From positions 3,193,532 through 3,257,531 of the forward strand of contig CP070695.1 of assembly GCA_020353515.1 (NCBI GenBank): DNA of 64,000 nucleotides, read 5' to 3'. Within the stretch, counting starts at the first letter, position 1; every line of letters begins with the position of its first letter. The position numbers and the translations under genes are program-made. Shown piece by piece: positions 20,087 to 29,327 of the stretch. This DNA is from Candidatus Heimdallarchaeota archaeon. GTDB taxonomy: Archaea; Asgardarchaeota; Heimdallarchaeia; Hodarchaeales; Hodarchaeaceae. The notes beneath the pieces were generated by a model, which was not told the DNA's origin, searched no databases, and worked only from the letters and a program-made list of their open reading frames with translations.

Positions 20087-20890
20087 TTATAAGTTTGTTT
20101 CGGGTACCACATTTGAATTACTAAAGAATGTGGTAATATTTAATAGGCTTGTATCGGTTGTCCAGATAGCGTAGACATTTGGAGAGTGCCAATTAGAGAC
20201 AGAAAGTAAATAATTTTGGTCTATCATCAAATAAAAGCAATCACAACATCTTTGACAGATAGTTAGTGCCAATTCGGGTATTCGATCTGATTTCTCTCTT
20301 AGTTCTTTAATTGACATTTGACACAATCCTGCATTTATGCTTATTCCCGCTTTTCGCAATTCCAATAATATAGGTTCAAATTCAAAGTACAGTTTATAGT
20401 TTGGAAATCGAATAAGGATCTCCCTCTCAACTTTTGATAACTCGTAGTGGATTTTGTTGATGATATTCTTTCTACCTTTTACTATTAAGGCTATAGCGGA
20501 TGGAATCGAGACAAATGAATCAAATAAAGGAGTCAATCGAAGATTAAGTTCCTTGAGAGCATCCTTTTTTTGGTTAAAATTATTTTCTATACGTTCTTGG
20601 AGGTTCTGAAGCCCTTCTGCTAATGGTATGACCATATAAAGCTTTGGAATAGACGTTTGAACCATTATGAGGCCAATTTGTTCGAGTTCTGTTAATATAC
20701 TATAGATTCTAGAATCTTTTACTCCTGTTGCTTTACAAAGATCACCAGCTGTGGATTCTTTAACTTTTACTAATTCTAGGTATATCCGCGCTTGAGGTAA
20801 TGAAAGTCCAATAGTTGTCATCAAGTTTAATAATTGTTCGGGGTACGAATCTTTCTGTATATCAAGTCTACTAGATTTAATACTTGACAA
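20087..20890 (-). CDS. TrmB-family transcriptional regulator
   Basis: GLSLPQARIYLEL...TGVKDSRIYSILTELEQIGLI...PKLY, IVKGRKNI. Confidence 0.9.
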   Translation of the reverse strand: MSSIKSSRLDIQKDSYPEQLLNLMTTIGLSLPQARIYLELVKVKESTAGDLCKATGVKDSRIYSILTELEQIGLIMVQTSIPKLYMVIPLAEGLQNLQERIENNFNQKKDALKELNLRLTPLFDSFVSIPSAIALIVKGRKNIINKIHYELSKVEREILIRFPNYKLYFEFEPILLELRKAGISINAGLCQMSIKELREKSDRIPELALTICQRCCDCFYLMIDQNYLLSVSNWHSPNVYAIWTTDTSLLNITTFFSNSNVVPETNL

Positions 20891-21082
20891 GGTTATTTCC
20901 TTTCTCTTTATTTTTCTCTACTAACTACTATTAGTGATGAGAAGATCGATCTTATAATCATTTGGATTTCAACAAAAATCAGATCGAATAGAGATATCAA
21001 TGATTTAATCTCTCTTGATTTATTGAGATTATTTCTTAAAAATAAAGACTTTTCATACAAAGTATATTCGAGGTGTTTAGAA

Positions 21083-21688
21083 ATGAAAAAACGAGATACA
21101 TTCAATAAAATGTTTGAAAGTGGTATTTCTTATGAGGAATATACCAAATCAAGTGATAAGTATATGGAAAGAATGAAAGACAGCTGGTTTATTTGTGAAA
21201 GGGAAATAACGAAATCGTATCAGGCTCAGATCTCCCGATTGAATGAAAAATTACGAGTCCTTTGTATAGCTGAGTCTTGGTGTGGTGATTGTGCAAATGG
21301 CGTACCTGTTATAGCCAAACTTGCTGAAGAATCAGACAACTGGGATTTTCGGATTGTTCCACGAGATAGTTTTCGAGAAGAAGTAGATAAGTTTTATGCG
21401 ACTGCTGGTAGAACAAAAATCCCAATCGTTATCTTTGCAGATGAGGATGGAGATGAGATTATGCGATGGGTTGAAAGGCCAACACGTAGTTATCATTTGT
21501 TAGGTATGCTACGTGATCAAAATCTTTCAAAAGAAGAATTTCTGGAGCAATACAATGCTCTCAACGAATTAAAACCTCCTACTGTCTCTCAAGAAATTCT
21601 GCGTGAATTAATTACTGTTGCAGATAAAGCGTCCTCGATAGTTCATCTTAACCCACCTATAAAAAAACCTAAAATATTAATTCATTGA
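21083..21688 (+). CDS. Thioredoxin-family protein (WCGDC type)
   Basis: AESWCGDCANGVP, KIPIVIF, WVERP. Start ATG 21083 follows GAGGTG. Confidence 0.85.
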   Translation: MKKRDTFNKMFESGISYEEYTKSSDKYMERMKDSWFICEREITKSYQAQISRLNEKLRVLCIAESWCGDCANGVPVIAKLAEESDNWDFRIVPRDSFREEVDKFYATAGRTKIPIVIFADEDGDEIMRWVERPTRSYHLLGMLRDQNLSKEEFLEQYNALNELKPPTVSQEILRELITVADKASSIVHLNPPIKKPKILIH

Positions 21689-21691
21689 CAG

Positions 21692-22591
21692 TTAGTAATC
21701 TAATTGTTCGAGCGTTTCCCAGGTATAGCCAATGAGTTCGGGGGGAATGTTTTGCAAGTACTCAACCAATGAATGCGACCCATATCTTTTAGTGGCTTGT
21801 TCAGAACTGAGTACCTTCATTTCTTTATACAAACCAATTGCTCTAAGGATCTGGACATGAGAGAGAAGTAATCCTTCGGGCACACGAAATGCAATATATG
21901 AAACAATGACTAAAGTAATTAAAACTAGAGCATTAGGTAATGGAATAAAAGTAAACCAAGGGAGTACTATGATGGTATATATTGATAGGATTGCAGCAGC
22001 AATGATTAGAAATCTTCGTGCTCGAATGATTTCAGCTGTAGGCTGGACGATTTGAACCTTAATATAAGCATATAAGAGTAATGCGACAACGAAAAAATCA
22101 AACATGTTTGATAGAAAATTGAATCCAGTAGAAGAAATAATAACTCCTCCTTGAGTGATTAATCCCGCTCCTTGTGGATAATAAGAAGAATAATTGTGTG
22201 ACATTTTCCAAAACAATACTGTTGCAGTTTCGGGCTGAACCATGAGCTCCCAAAATCCAATAAGGAGCATTATAATGGAAAACCAGATTATTCCAGTATA
22301 CCACACGATTGGTGGAGGATGATCCCAGAGAATACTCACCGCTTGAAGAAAGAAGAGATACAATACTGTATTAAATGCTCAATTGTGAATTTTGTAAAGC
22401 AATAAGATATTGGTTATACCAGCCAAGGTTGCAGATGATAAAGTAATGAAAGTACTGAGAAAAACTCCAGTAAATATTCCGAATTCTAATACTCCTGACC
22501 GTTTGTATAATTTAAGCAATACACCTGCGGGGATAAGAGCTAATACTGAAATTAGTATATTTATCCCTTGAATGGCATTCATTGCAACCAT
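21692..22591 (-). pseudogene. Multi-TM membrane protein interrupted by one in-frame TGA (22379-22381)
   Basis: ORFs 22379..22591 and 21692..22363 are in the same frame: LLYKIHN*AFNTVLYLFFLQ. Confidence 0.75.
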
Positions 22592-22618
22592 TTTAGTTGC
22601 CAGCCTCTTATTCTGATT

Positions 22619-22650
22619 ATGTAATTCATCCTAATAAGTAAGAATTACAT
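22619..22650. promoter_or_regulatory. Inverted repeat between divergent genes
   Basis: ATGTAATTC-N14-GAATTACAT, perfect 9-bp arms. Confidence 0.45.
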
Positions 22651-22847
22651 CTATTATCTTTTTTAATAGTTATTTTAAAACCTTGATATCCATAATTTAT
22701 AGAGAAACCTGAAATATTGAATCACAGATATATTGTAAAAATTCTGATTTTGATTATAAGCAAGGGTTGGTTTTCTAAAAGGATTGTTTTTAAAATCAAG
22801 AGTAAATACTATGTATCGGTCATCCTAGTTTAGTTGTTTGGCTCAAA

Positions 22848-24596
22848 ATGAACGTATTAGTCGTCTACAGCTTAATTATACTAACATTGATTCGAATTAT
22901 TGGTGTAGTGGTTTCTCTCGACTTTTTTTTGAAGCAAAGAGAAGAAAGATTTTTGATTTTTACTCTTGGTTGGATTTTTTGGGCTATCACAGGAATATTT
23001 CCAATACTTTCAAGTTTTACAGAAAACGAAGAATTGATTAACTTTTATTTTCGATTAAATGCTTATTGCACTCCATTTGGCACTTTATTCATTGTTATTG
23101 GAATAATATTGTACTTTCAACCAATTTCTCTAAAGATGCAGATAACCATTCCATTTGTACTTCTCTGTTCACAAATCATTTTGACGCTCATTATAGGTGA
23201 AGAACAAGCAGGGTATTTAATAATCGCATTCTTTTTCTTATTATCTTGCTTTTTGATATTGGGAGGTTTCATCAAACGGCGTGTAATCAAGAAATTTGTT
23301 GCACACAGTATTTTGTGGTTTTATATTAGTTCAATTATGTTTGTTCTATTGAATGTCATCTTAATTCTGAATGTTGCTAGAGGAGAAATCTTTGGTCTCT
23401 ATTATTCTGAAGATATTGGAGCAATTATAGTGAATTATTCACTAGGTATTGCATTTACAGCATTACTAATCGTATATTTTATTCATACAGAACAGAGTCT
23501 CTCATCCAAAGCGCTTCAATCAAGTGAAGAACGCTTTAGAACGCTTTATGAGAGAACTAGAGTAGGATTAGTAACCTCTCGTCTTGATGGGACTATAATC
23601 GCAGCAAATCCTGCTGCGGCAACAATTTTGGGTTATAATAGCTCTAAGGAACTAGTTGGTAAAAATACGATCTCTCTATACCAAGATCCAAACCAGCGGG
23701 AGTTACTTCTAAATCAATTAGCGAAGACAAGTTTCATTGACAATTATGAATTAATCCTTAAGAAGAAAGATGGCACTCAAACGCATGTATTGATAAGTGT
23801 AAGTTATCAGTTGAAAAAAGATACATCTCCTTTAGAATGGGTTTTCAGAGACATTACAGAACGTAAGGAAGTTGAAAAAACAGAAAGAGAACTTTCTGAT
23901 CGTCGAAGGAAGTTTATTGAGATTACCTCACACGAATTACGTACCCCCTTAACAACTATTAAAGGATTTGTAGATTTTCTCGAAAAATATGGTAAAGATC
24001 TTCCTCCAGAGGATACGAATAAGAGCTTTGACTATATTCATAAAAATATCTCACGCTTGAACCGCTTGATCACAGACGTTTCGGATCTATCACAAATTGA
24101 AAGAGAATCTTTTCATGTTGAAAAACAGCTATTGAACTTTTGTGACTTCCTTAATGAGGTTATGCAAGCCTATAAAACTCTGTTAGGAGATAAGTTCAAG
24201 TTCCAACCTTGTGACGAAACATATATTCCTATAGAAGGAGACGAGGAGCGACTCCAACAGGTCTTTGACAATTTAATAGACAATTCTATAAAACACAGTT
24301 CCAATGAAAAATTGCACATAGATATGCGTGTCCACACCTTTCCCCATTCTGTTCGAATAACTATCACAGATCAAGGAGCAGGAATTGAACCTCAGAACCT
24401 TGAAAGGATTTTTGAACCATTTGTTTCTCTTAATACTAGGTATTCGGTAAAAGGAGCAGGAATAGGATTATATTTATGCAGAGTTATCGTTCAACAGCAT
24501 AATGGAACAATTTCAGCACAAAGCGAAGGCCATGATCAAGGTACAACCATTACAATTGAATTACCTCTGAAAATTCAAAACCTCCTAGTTGGTTGA
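22848..24596 (+). CDS. Membrane sensor histidine kinase (~7 TM, PAS, HisKA, HATPase)
   Basis: SHELRTPLTTIKG, LQQVFDNLIDNSIK, DQGAGI, GAGIGLY, PAS end RDITERK. Confidence 0.95.
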   Translation: MNVLVVYSLIILTLIRIIGVVVSLDFFLKQREERFLIFTLGWIFWAITGIFPILSSFTENEELINFYFRLNAYCTPFGTLFIVIGIILYFQPISLKMQITIPFVLLCSQIILTLIIGEEQAGYLIIAFFFLLSCFLILGGFIKRRVIKKFVAHSILWFYISSIMFVLLNVILILNVARGEIFGLYYSEDIGAIIVNYSLGIAFTALLIVYFIHTEQSLSSKALQSSEERFRTLYERTRVGLVTSRLDGTIIAANPAAATILGYNSSKELVGKNTISLYQDPNQRELLLNQLAKTSFIDNYELILKKKDGTQTHVLISVSYQLKKDTSPLEWVFRDITERKEVEKTERELSDRRRKFIEITSHELRTPLTTIKGFVDFLEKYGKDLPPEDTNKSFDYIHKNISRLNRLITDVSDLSQIERESFHVEKQLLNFCDFLNEVMQAYKTLLGDKFKFQPCDETYIPIEGDEERLQQVFDNLIDNSIKHSSNEKLHIDMRVHTFPHSVRITITDQGAGIEPQNLERIFEPFVSLNTRYSVKGAGIGLYLCRVIVQQHNGTISAQSEGHDQGTTITIELPLKIQNLLVG

Positions 24597-24652
24597 AGAT
24601 GTTAAGAATTCTCCATTAAAGAAAGGCCTCTATTTCGTGTGGAGACGCCTGA

Positions 24653-25750
24653 ATGATCCCTGAGATAACAATTATTGGAGGAAACATAGCAGGACTATCC
24701 GCTGCATATTATCTTTCTAAGAAAGGATTTTATGTAACACTTTATGAAGCAAAACTATGGAATAAACCATGTGGAGGAGCGATCAGTCTTGAATTTGAAC
24801 AATATTTAAGTGATGAACTAAATATTGTTTTAGAGGAGTCTGATCATTATACAGAACGATTTAAAGTAGGATTATGGTCAGGCCGTTATATGGAAGATGT
24901 TGGCGTTTTTCGTGTAACTACAAGATATGATCTTCAAAAAAAATTGATTGAAAGATTGATAAAAGAAACAAATATTGAGATTAAATACAAAAGGGTCTCT
25001 TTCAAAGATGAACTCTTCACCCCACAGACAATAGTAGCTACAGGATACAGTGGTTTCACTAATAAAGTGATGGAGAGAAGGTGGAGGTTTAATGATAAAG
25101 CTCTCACCCTGCGGTATGATGGGAAATTCTCAGGAACTTATCCAAATACAAATTTAATTGTCCTTGATCATAAAAAAATGGGTTATGGCTGGGTTTTTGT
25201 CGGTAAAAACGATCACATAAATGTTGGGGTAGGTGCTGTAGCTTCCAGAGAGTTTCTTTGGAATAGATTTTATGATTTCTTCGATCTCATTGCTGATAAA
25301 TATGGATATAACATTGATCCCCCATCAAAAAAGCCCCAAGCGTGGTACTTACCTATACCAACAAACAAGAAGAAGATACCTATAAGTAATCTTAAGGATG
25401 GAATTGAATTCATTGGGGTGGGAGATGTCCTCGGATTAGCACATCCTCTTTCTGGTGCGGGTATTGAACCTGCTTGGCAATCAGGGTGGGTTTTGTCTGA
25501 ATGTATTACTAAAAATCGAATTGATACTACCAGATATCAATGGTTATTACTGAAAAATTTGAGGTTGAGTAGTTGGCGATGGTTGGATCAATTTGCTTCT
25601 ATCGTAAGTAGAATAAACTTTCCATTCAAATCTACATTAGGTTATTTCGCACTACATTTCATAAGACATCGTATGCTAACCATGATGCGAAAATATCCAT
25701 GGTTTTCTCTAGTTCATGATGGTACAAAGAAAACTAGGTTTAAAAGTTAA
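24653..25750 (+). CDS. FAD-dependent oxidoreductase, geranylgeranyl reductase-like
   Basis: IIGGNIAGLSAA, KPCGGAI, GYGWVF, VGDVLGLAHPLSGAGI. Confidence 0.8.
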   Translation: MIPEITIIGGNIAGLSAAYYLSKKGFYVTLYEAKLWNKPCGGAISLEFEQYLSDELNIVLEESDHYTERFKVGLWSGRYMEDVGVFRVTTRYDLQKKLIERLIKETNIEIKYKRVSFKDELFTPQTIVATGYSGFTNKVMERRWRFNDKALTLRYDGKFSGTYPNTNLIVLDHKKMGYGWVFVGKNDHINVGVGAVASREFLWNRFYDFFDLIADKYGYNIDPPSKKPQAWYLPIPTNKKKIPISNLKDGIEFIGVGDVLGLAHPLSGAGIEPAWQSGWVLSECITKNRIDTTRYQWLLLKNLRLSSWRWLDQFASIVSRINFPFKSTLGYFALHFIRHRMLTMMRKYPWFSLVHDGTKKTRFKS

Positions 25751-25864
25751 TAGTCCAATGTTGAAGTCTTTTAGGATACGAATCTTAAGATACGAAATAA
25801 GTAGTGGTATTGAATTTTATAATAGGATTAAGTTATATATTGATAGCATTAGAATTCATTTATT

Positions 25865-27529
25865 ATGTCTGTTGAAAAACTAATAGCTGATCTTTCATCT
25901 CCAAACGAAGATCTTAGGAAAAACGCGGTAGATGAAATTTACGAGTTGATTTCTGCAAATCCCAATGAACTGACCCCTCATATACGTTCTTTTTTGAAAG
26001 TAATTCGTACAACATCTGATAATTATATTTTTCAGTATCTAGGCAGTACAATTTCGACTATAGCTTCATCAGTACCTTCTTTAGGAACAGATTATTTTGA
26101 TGATATCCTTGAGACGGTTACAGTTTTAACAGAGAATTTTGCTATGGATGATGAATCCGAAGGATTTGTAGGTATCTGTGCAATAGGTCTATTAGAAACC
26201 ATTCGACAACCAATAACAACAGATCCACGAAAATTTATTGAGGCCTTACCTACATTCTTTAAATTAATGGAAAAAGACCATTCAGTAAAATACAGTGCGA
26301 TGGGTTATGTATCACCCATGGTTAGTCGTAGTCCCCGCATATTCAAGGACTATGTTCCTCAGATCTTTGATCTAGTAAAAGGTGGAATGACAGAGATGAT
26401 TTCTCTGCTATGGGAGTTATACAAATTCAATCCGCCTTTTTATGAAGAAAATATTGATTTCTTGCTTCAGATGGCTAAAGATGTGAATTATTCAAGTATC
26501 GCCTTGATGATTCTAAACGAAATGGCAAAGAAGAATAGTACTATCATGAATCCCTATATCAAGGATCTGAAAGATACAATCCACTCGCCTCATACCGCCT
26601 CAAGTAGTATTATGATTTTTAGCGAAATTGCTCGTAATAATCCAGAATTAATTCAACCAATTCTTCCAGAAATTCAGGAAGCGATGGAGTACAACAATAC
26701 TCTTAAAATGATGGCCCCAAACATTTTTGGGCTTGTTGGTCGGATGTCAGTCAAAATCGCAGCCGAACTTCTTCCCTTTCTTGTAGAACTACTCGATGAC
26801 CCTGATCATAATGTACACACTGTAACTTTGATGGAAATACGGAACCTCGGAGAAATGGATCGCTCCTTACTAGATCCATACATTGAGAAAATAAGAACTT
26901 TAGAAGATGACCCCCAGGAATACATCCGAGATCAAGCGAAATATATTGTTGATATTTATGAAGGGAGAACAGTTCGTGAATTTGCTGCTGCAATCGATGA
27001 TCATAACAAGAGAATCAGTGAAATGGTGCATTCTTATGAAGATCTCAAGGCATATGTTGATGAGAATGTTTCTGAGCTCAAGGAATTCATATCTCAAATT
27101 GCGAAAAAACTTCCTATCCCTTCTGAATTTTCAACTGAAGGACGGATCAGGAAAACCATGAAACTGCATTTTACCTGTGGTATGCAAAATGATCGGTGTT
27201 TATATCCATCTGATAGAAGTTTTACTGCTGAAACCAAAGCATGGAATAAATGGTTGAAGATTGCACTTTCTGCTGTTAAAATAGGAGCTGCTGTTATTCA
27301 TCCTGTAGCTGCAGGAGGAGCAGTAGACGCGGTAAAAGACGTATATGAGGTATATAGAACAAAAGATGATGCAGACTTTATAAGTTATATTTCACAGCCG
27401 TTCTTGACATCTGAAGAGCAGGATAACCTCATCGTTCAACTTCGAAAAGCTAGGTTTTTTGATATATTTAACTATAACGCTCAACAGGGAAATTGGGCAT
27501 GCCTTATGTGTAATCCTCCAGGTAGCTGA
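25865..27529 (+). CDS. HEAT/ARM-repeat protein with VEPH1/Melted-like C-terminal Cys-containing domain
   Basis: Helical repeats (LLDDPDHNV, LEDDPQEYIR). C-terminal KKLPIP, LHFTC..CLY, RFFDIF...WACLMCNPP. Confidence 0.75.
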   Translation: MSVEKLIADLSSPNEDLRKNAVDEIYELISANPNELTPHIRSFLKVIRTTSDNYIFQYLGSTISTIASSVPSLGTDYFDDILETVTVLTENFAMDDESEGFVGICAIGLLETIRQPITTDPRKFIEALPTFFKLMEKDHSVKYSAMGYVSPMVSRSPRIFKDYVPQIFDLVKGGMTEMISLLWELYKFNPPFYEENIDFLLQMAKDVNYSSIALMILNEMAKKNSTIMNPYIKDLKDTIHSPHTASSSIMIFSEIARNNPELIQPILPEIQEAMEYNNTLKMMAPNIFGLVGRMSVKIAAELLPFLVELLDDPDHNVHTVTLMEIRNLGEMDRSLLDPYIEKIRTLEDDPQEYIRDQAKYIVDIYEGRTVREFAAAIDDHNKRISEMVHSYEDLKAYVDENVSELKEFISQIAKKLPIPSEFSTEGRIRKTMKLHFTCGMQNDRCLYPSDRSFTAETKAWNKWLKIALSAVKIGAAVIHPVAAGGAVDAVKDVYEVYRTKDDADFISYISQPFLTSEEQDNLIVQLRKARFFDIFNYNAQQGNWACLMCNPPGS

Positions 27530-27538
27530 TAAAATTAC

Positions 27539-28270
27539 TTACTTGACCAGTTTATGGAATTGAAGATTATTTTCGCTAATAAAGTGGAACGAGTTGTCAA
27601 GTTTCCCTAAAAACTCTCCAGTATGAGAATCTGTACCACAGACAACTGTGACTCCTTTGTTGACCAACTCTTGAACTAGTTTCTTAGTGAAATGGAGATA
27701 ATAATCTAGTCCTTCCCTTGTATTTCTTCCCACTCCTCTTCTTGGATGTAATTCAGATTCTTGAATTTCGATAAAGATTTCATACTGACTTAAGATCGTG
27801 GCTATTTCTAGTTCCTTTCTGTTATAATTCTGCTGGATATCATTATGTGCAAGCCCTACTGGTATCTCTAGTTCGTTTCGTATATCTATTATTTCTGAGA
27901 TATCTCTATTTCCTACTTCTCCCCAATATTCCTTTTCTGTATTGACATATTCAAAAAGGACATAATCGAATCGATTTAAAATTTCAAAGGGTAATTGAGA
28001 TGGATTTATCCCATAAATCCTAGACACATCGATTTCAATTCCAATCTTTAATTCTAATCCTTTCAAAGTTCTTTTTATTTCCTTAAGATAATTATAGTAT
28101 CTTTCAAGATTCGCCGTTACTTGGTAAGTATCAATGAGTTTCTTTGAAAAACCATGGTCACAAATACCTAGAATCTCAAGATTCCTGTATTTAGCTTGTT
28201 TGATCAAGTCTTTAGGGGAAAGAAGACCATCTGAATATGTTGTATGGGTATGAATGTCATGTCTCCTCAT
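27539..28270 (-). CDS. PHP-domain phosphoesterase
   Basis: DIHTHTTYSDG, ICDH, LAH, GTDSH. Confidence 0.92.
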   Translation of the reverse strand: MRRHDIHTHTTYSDGLLSPKDLIKQAKYRNLEILGICDHGFSKKLIDTYQVTANLERYYNYLKEIKRTLKGLELKIGIEIDVSRIYGINPSQLPFEILNRFDYVLFEYVNTEKEYWGEVGNRDISEIIDIRNELEIPVGLAHNDIQQNYNRKELEIATILSQYEIFIEIQESELHPRRGVGRNTREGLDYYLHFTKKLVQELVNKGVTVVCGTDSHTGEFLGKLDNSFHFISENNLQFHKLVK

Positions 28271-28324
28271 TTTTATCGCATTAAACAGATTTTATTTTAG
28301 TTCTTAATAGTAAGGGGAAAATTT

Positions 28325-28342
28325 TCAGTACTAGAGTACTGA
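28325..28342. promoter_or_regulatory. Perfect palindrome upstream of the PHP gene
   Basis: TCAGTACT-AG-AGTACTGA. Confidence 0.45.
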
Positions 28343-28406
28343 TAAGCTCAATACAAATAACTCTTTGGGAAAAAAGAGGTTGGCTTATCCAAGATAGAAT
28401 ATCAGA

Positions 28407-29171
28407 CTAATTTATCTTAATATTTGGAGTGTCATTGATGATATTAAGATAATCTTCCGCGATTTTTAGTTGATGATGTCGCCGACTAATAATTCCAAAT
28501 TGTTCAAGTTGTTTGACGTAATAAGAAACCATTACTTTACTGATACCAGTGAAATTTACAATGTCTTTCTGCAAACATACACTGGTCTTTGATTCGAGAA
28601 ACTGTAAGATTGTCTTAACATTTTTGTTTCGTAAAACTGAGAACCACATTTTTTCTTTTATTGAGAACTGGTGATTCTTTAGAAAAAAATGCTTACATCG
28701 ACCTAAGATAAATGCCTCGATCTCAGTAGTTTCAAGACGACCTATATGATATTGAATAACTCCGATAGCAAGTCCTGTTTCGCGTTGAATCTCACGAAGA
28801 GTGATTCCTGGACTCTCTTCAATGGTTTCCTTGATAATTGATCGATTAACAGGGATTTTTTCATCATCATTTTGGTGATTCTCAAATGTCCATCTTCCTA
28901 GGAAGATTATAGGCAGATTTAATAATTTTACTGGTTTTAGTATCTCCCTTACTCGAATAACAATATCTGAACTTTGCACTGTACTGCTTTGTGATGGTAT
29001 AAGTAAATTTGACGAACAAACAGGGGAAATGAACATTTCATTACCCTCAAATGATTGGGTTACTGGAAGAAGGGACAAGAGATGAAAGAAAGAGAGAAAA
29101 GTAATTATCACTAATAGTAATCCCAAAAGCTTCCTTTTTCTCGATTTATGAAAAATTGATCCCACCATCAT
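28407..29171 (-). CDS. Double winged-HTH regulator with N-terminal TM/signal segment
   Basis: PGITLREIQRETGLAIGVIQYHIGRLE and QKDIVNFTGISKVMVSYYVKQLE. N-terminal hydrophobic helix. Confidence 0.8.
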   Translation of the reverse strand: MMVGSIFHKSRKRKLLGLLLVIITFLSFFHLLSLLPVTQSFEGNEMFISPVCSSNLLIPSQSSTVQSSDIVIRVREILKPVKLLNLPIIFLGRWTFENHQNDDEKIPVNRSIIKETIEESPGITLREIQRETGLAIGVIQYHIGRLETTEIEAFILGRCKHFFLKNHQFSIKEKMWFSVLRNKNVKTILQFLESKTSVCLQKDIVNFTGISKVMVSYYVKQLEQFGIISRRHHQLKIAEDYLNIINDTPNIKIN

Positions 29172-29327
29172 ATCTGAATAATTATTACTCTCTTTTATAG
29201 TTTCTGTTAGTTAAAAAATTGTACTAGTATCTTTAATACTGAAAGAAAAGTATGGAAATTGTACCAAAAAGTAATAAAAGCTAAAATAGGAAGGGAATGA
29301 CGAGTTACGTCGTCTAAGGTTTAGTAT

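Noticed and set aside
13830-22381. Genome-wide stop-codon reassignment (Pyl/Sec)
   Set aside because: TAG and TGA both terminate clearly complete genes in this window. Single nonsense changes from TGG explain both cases.
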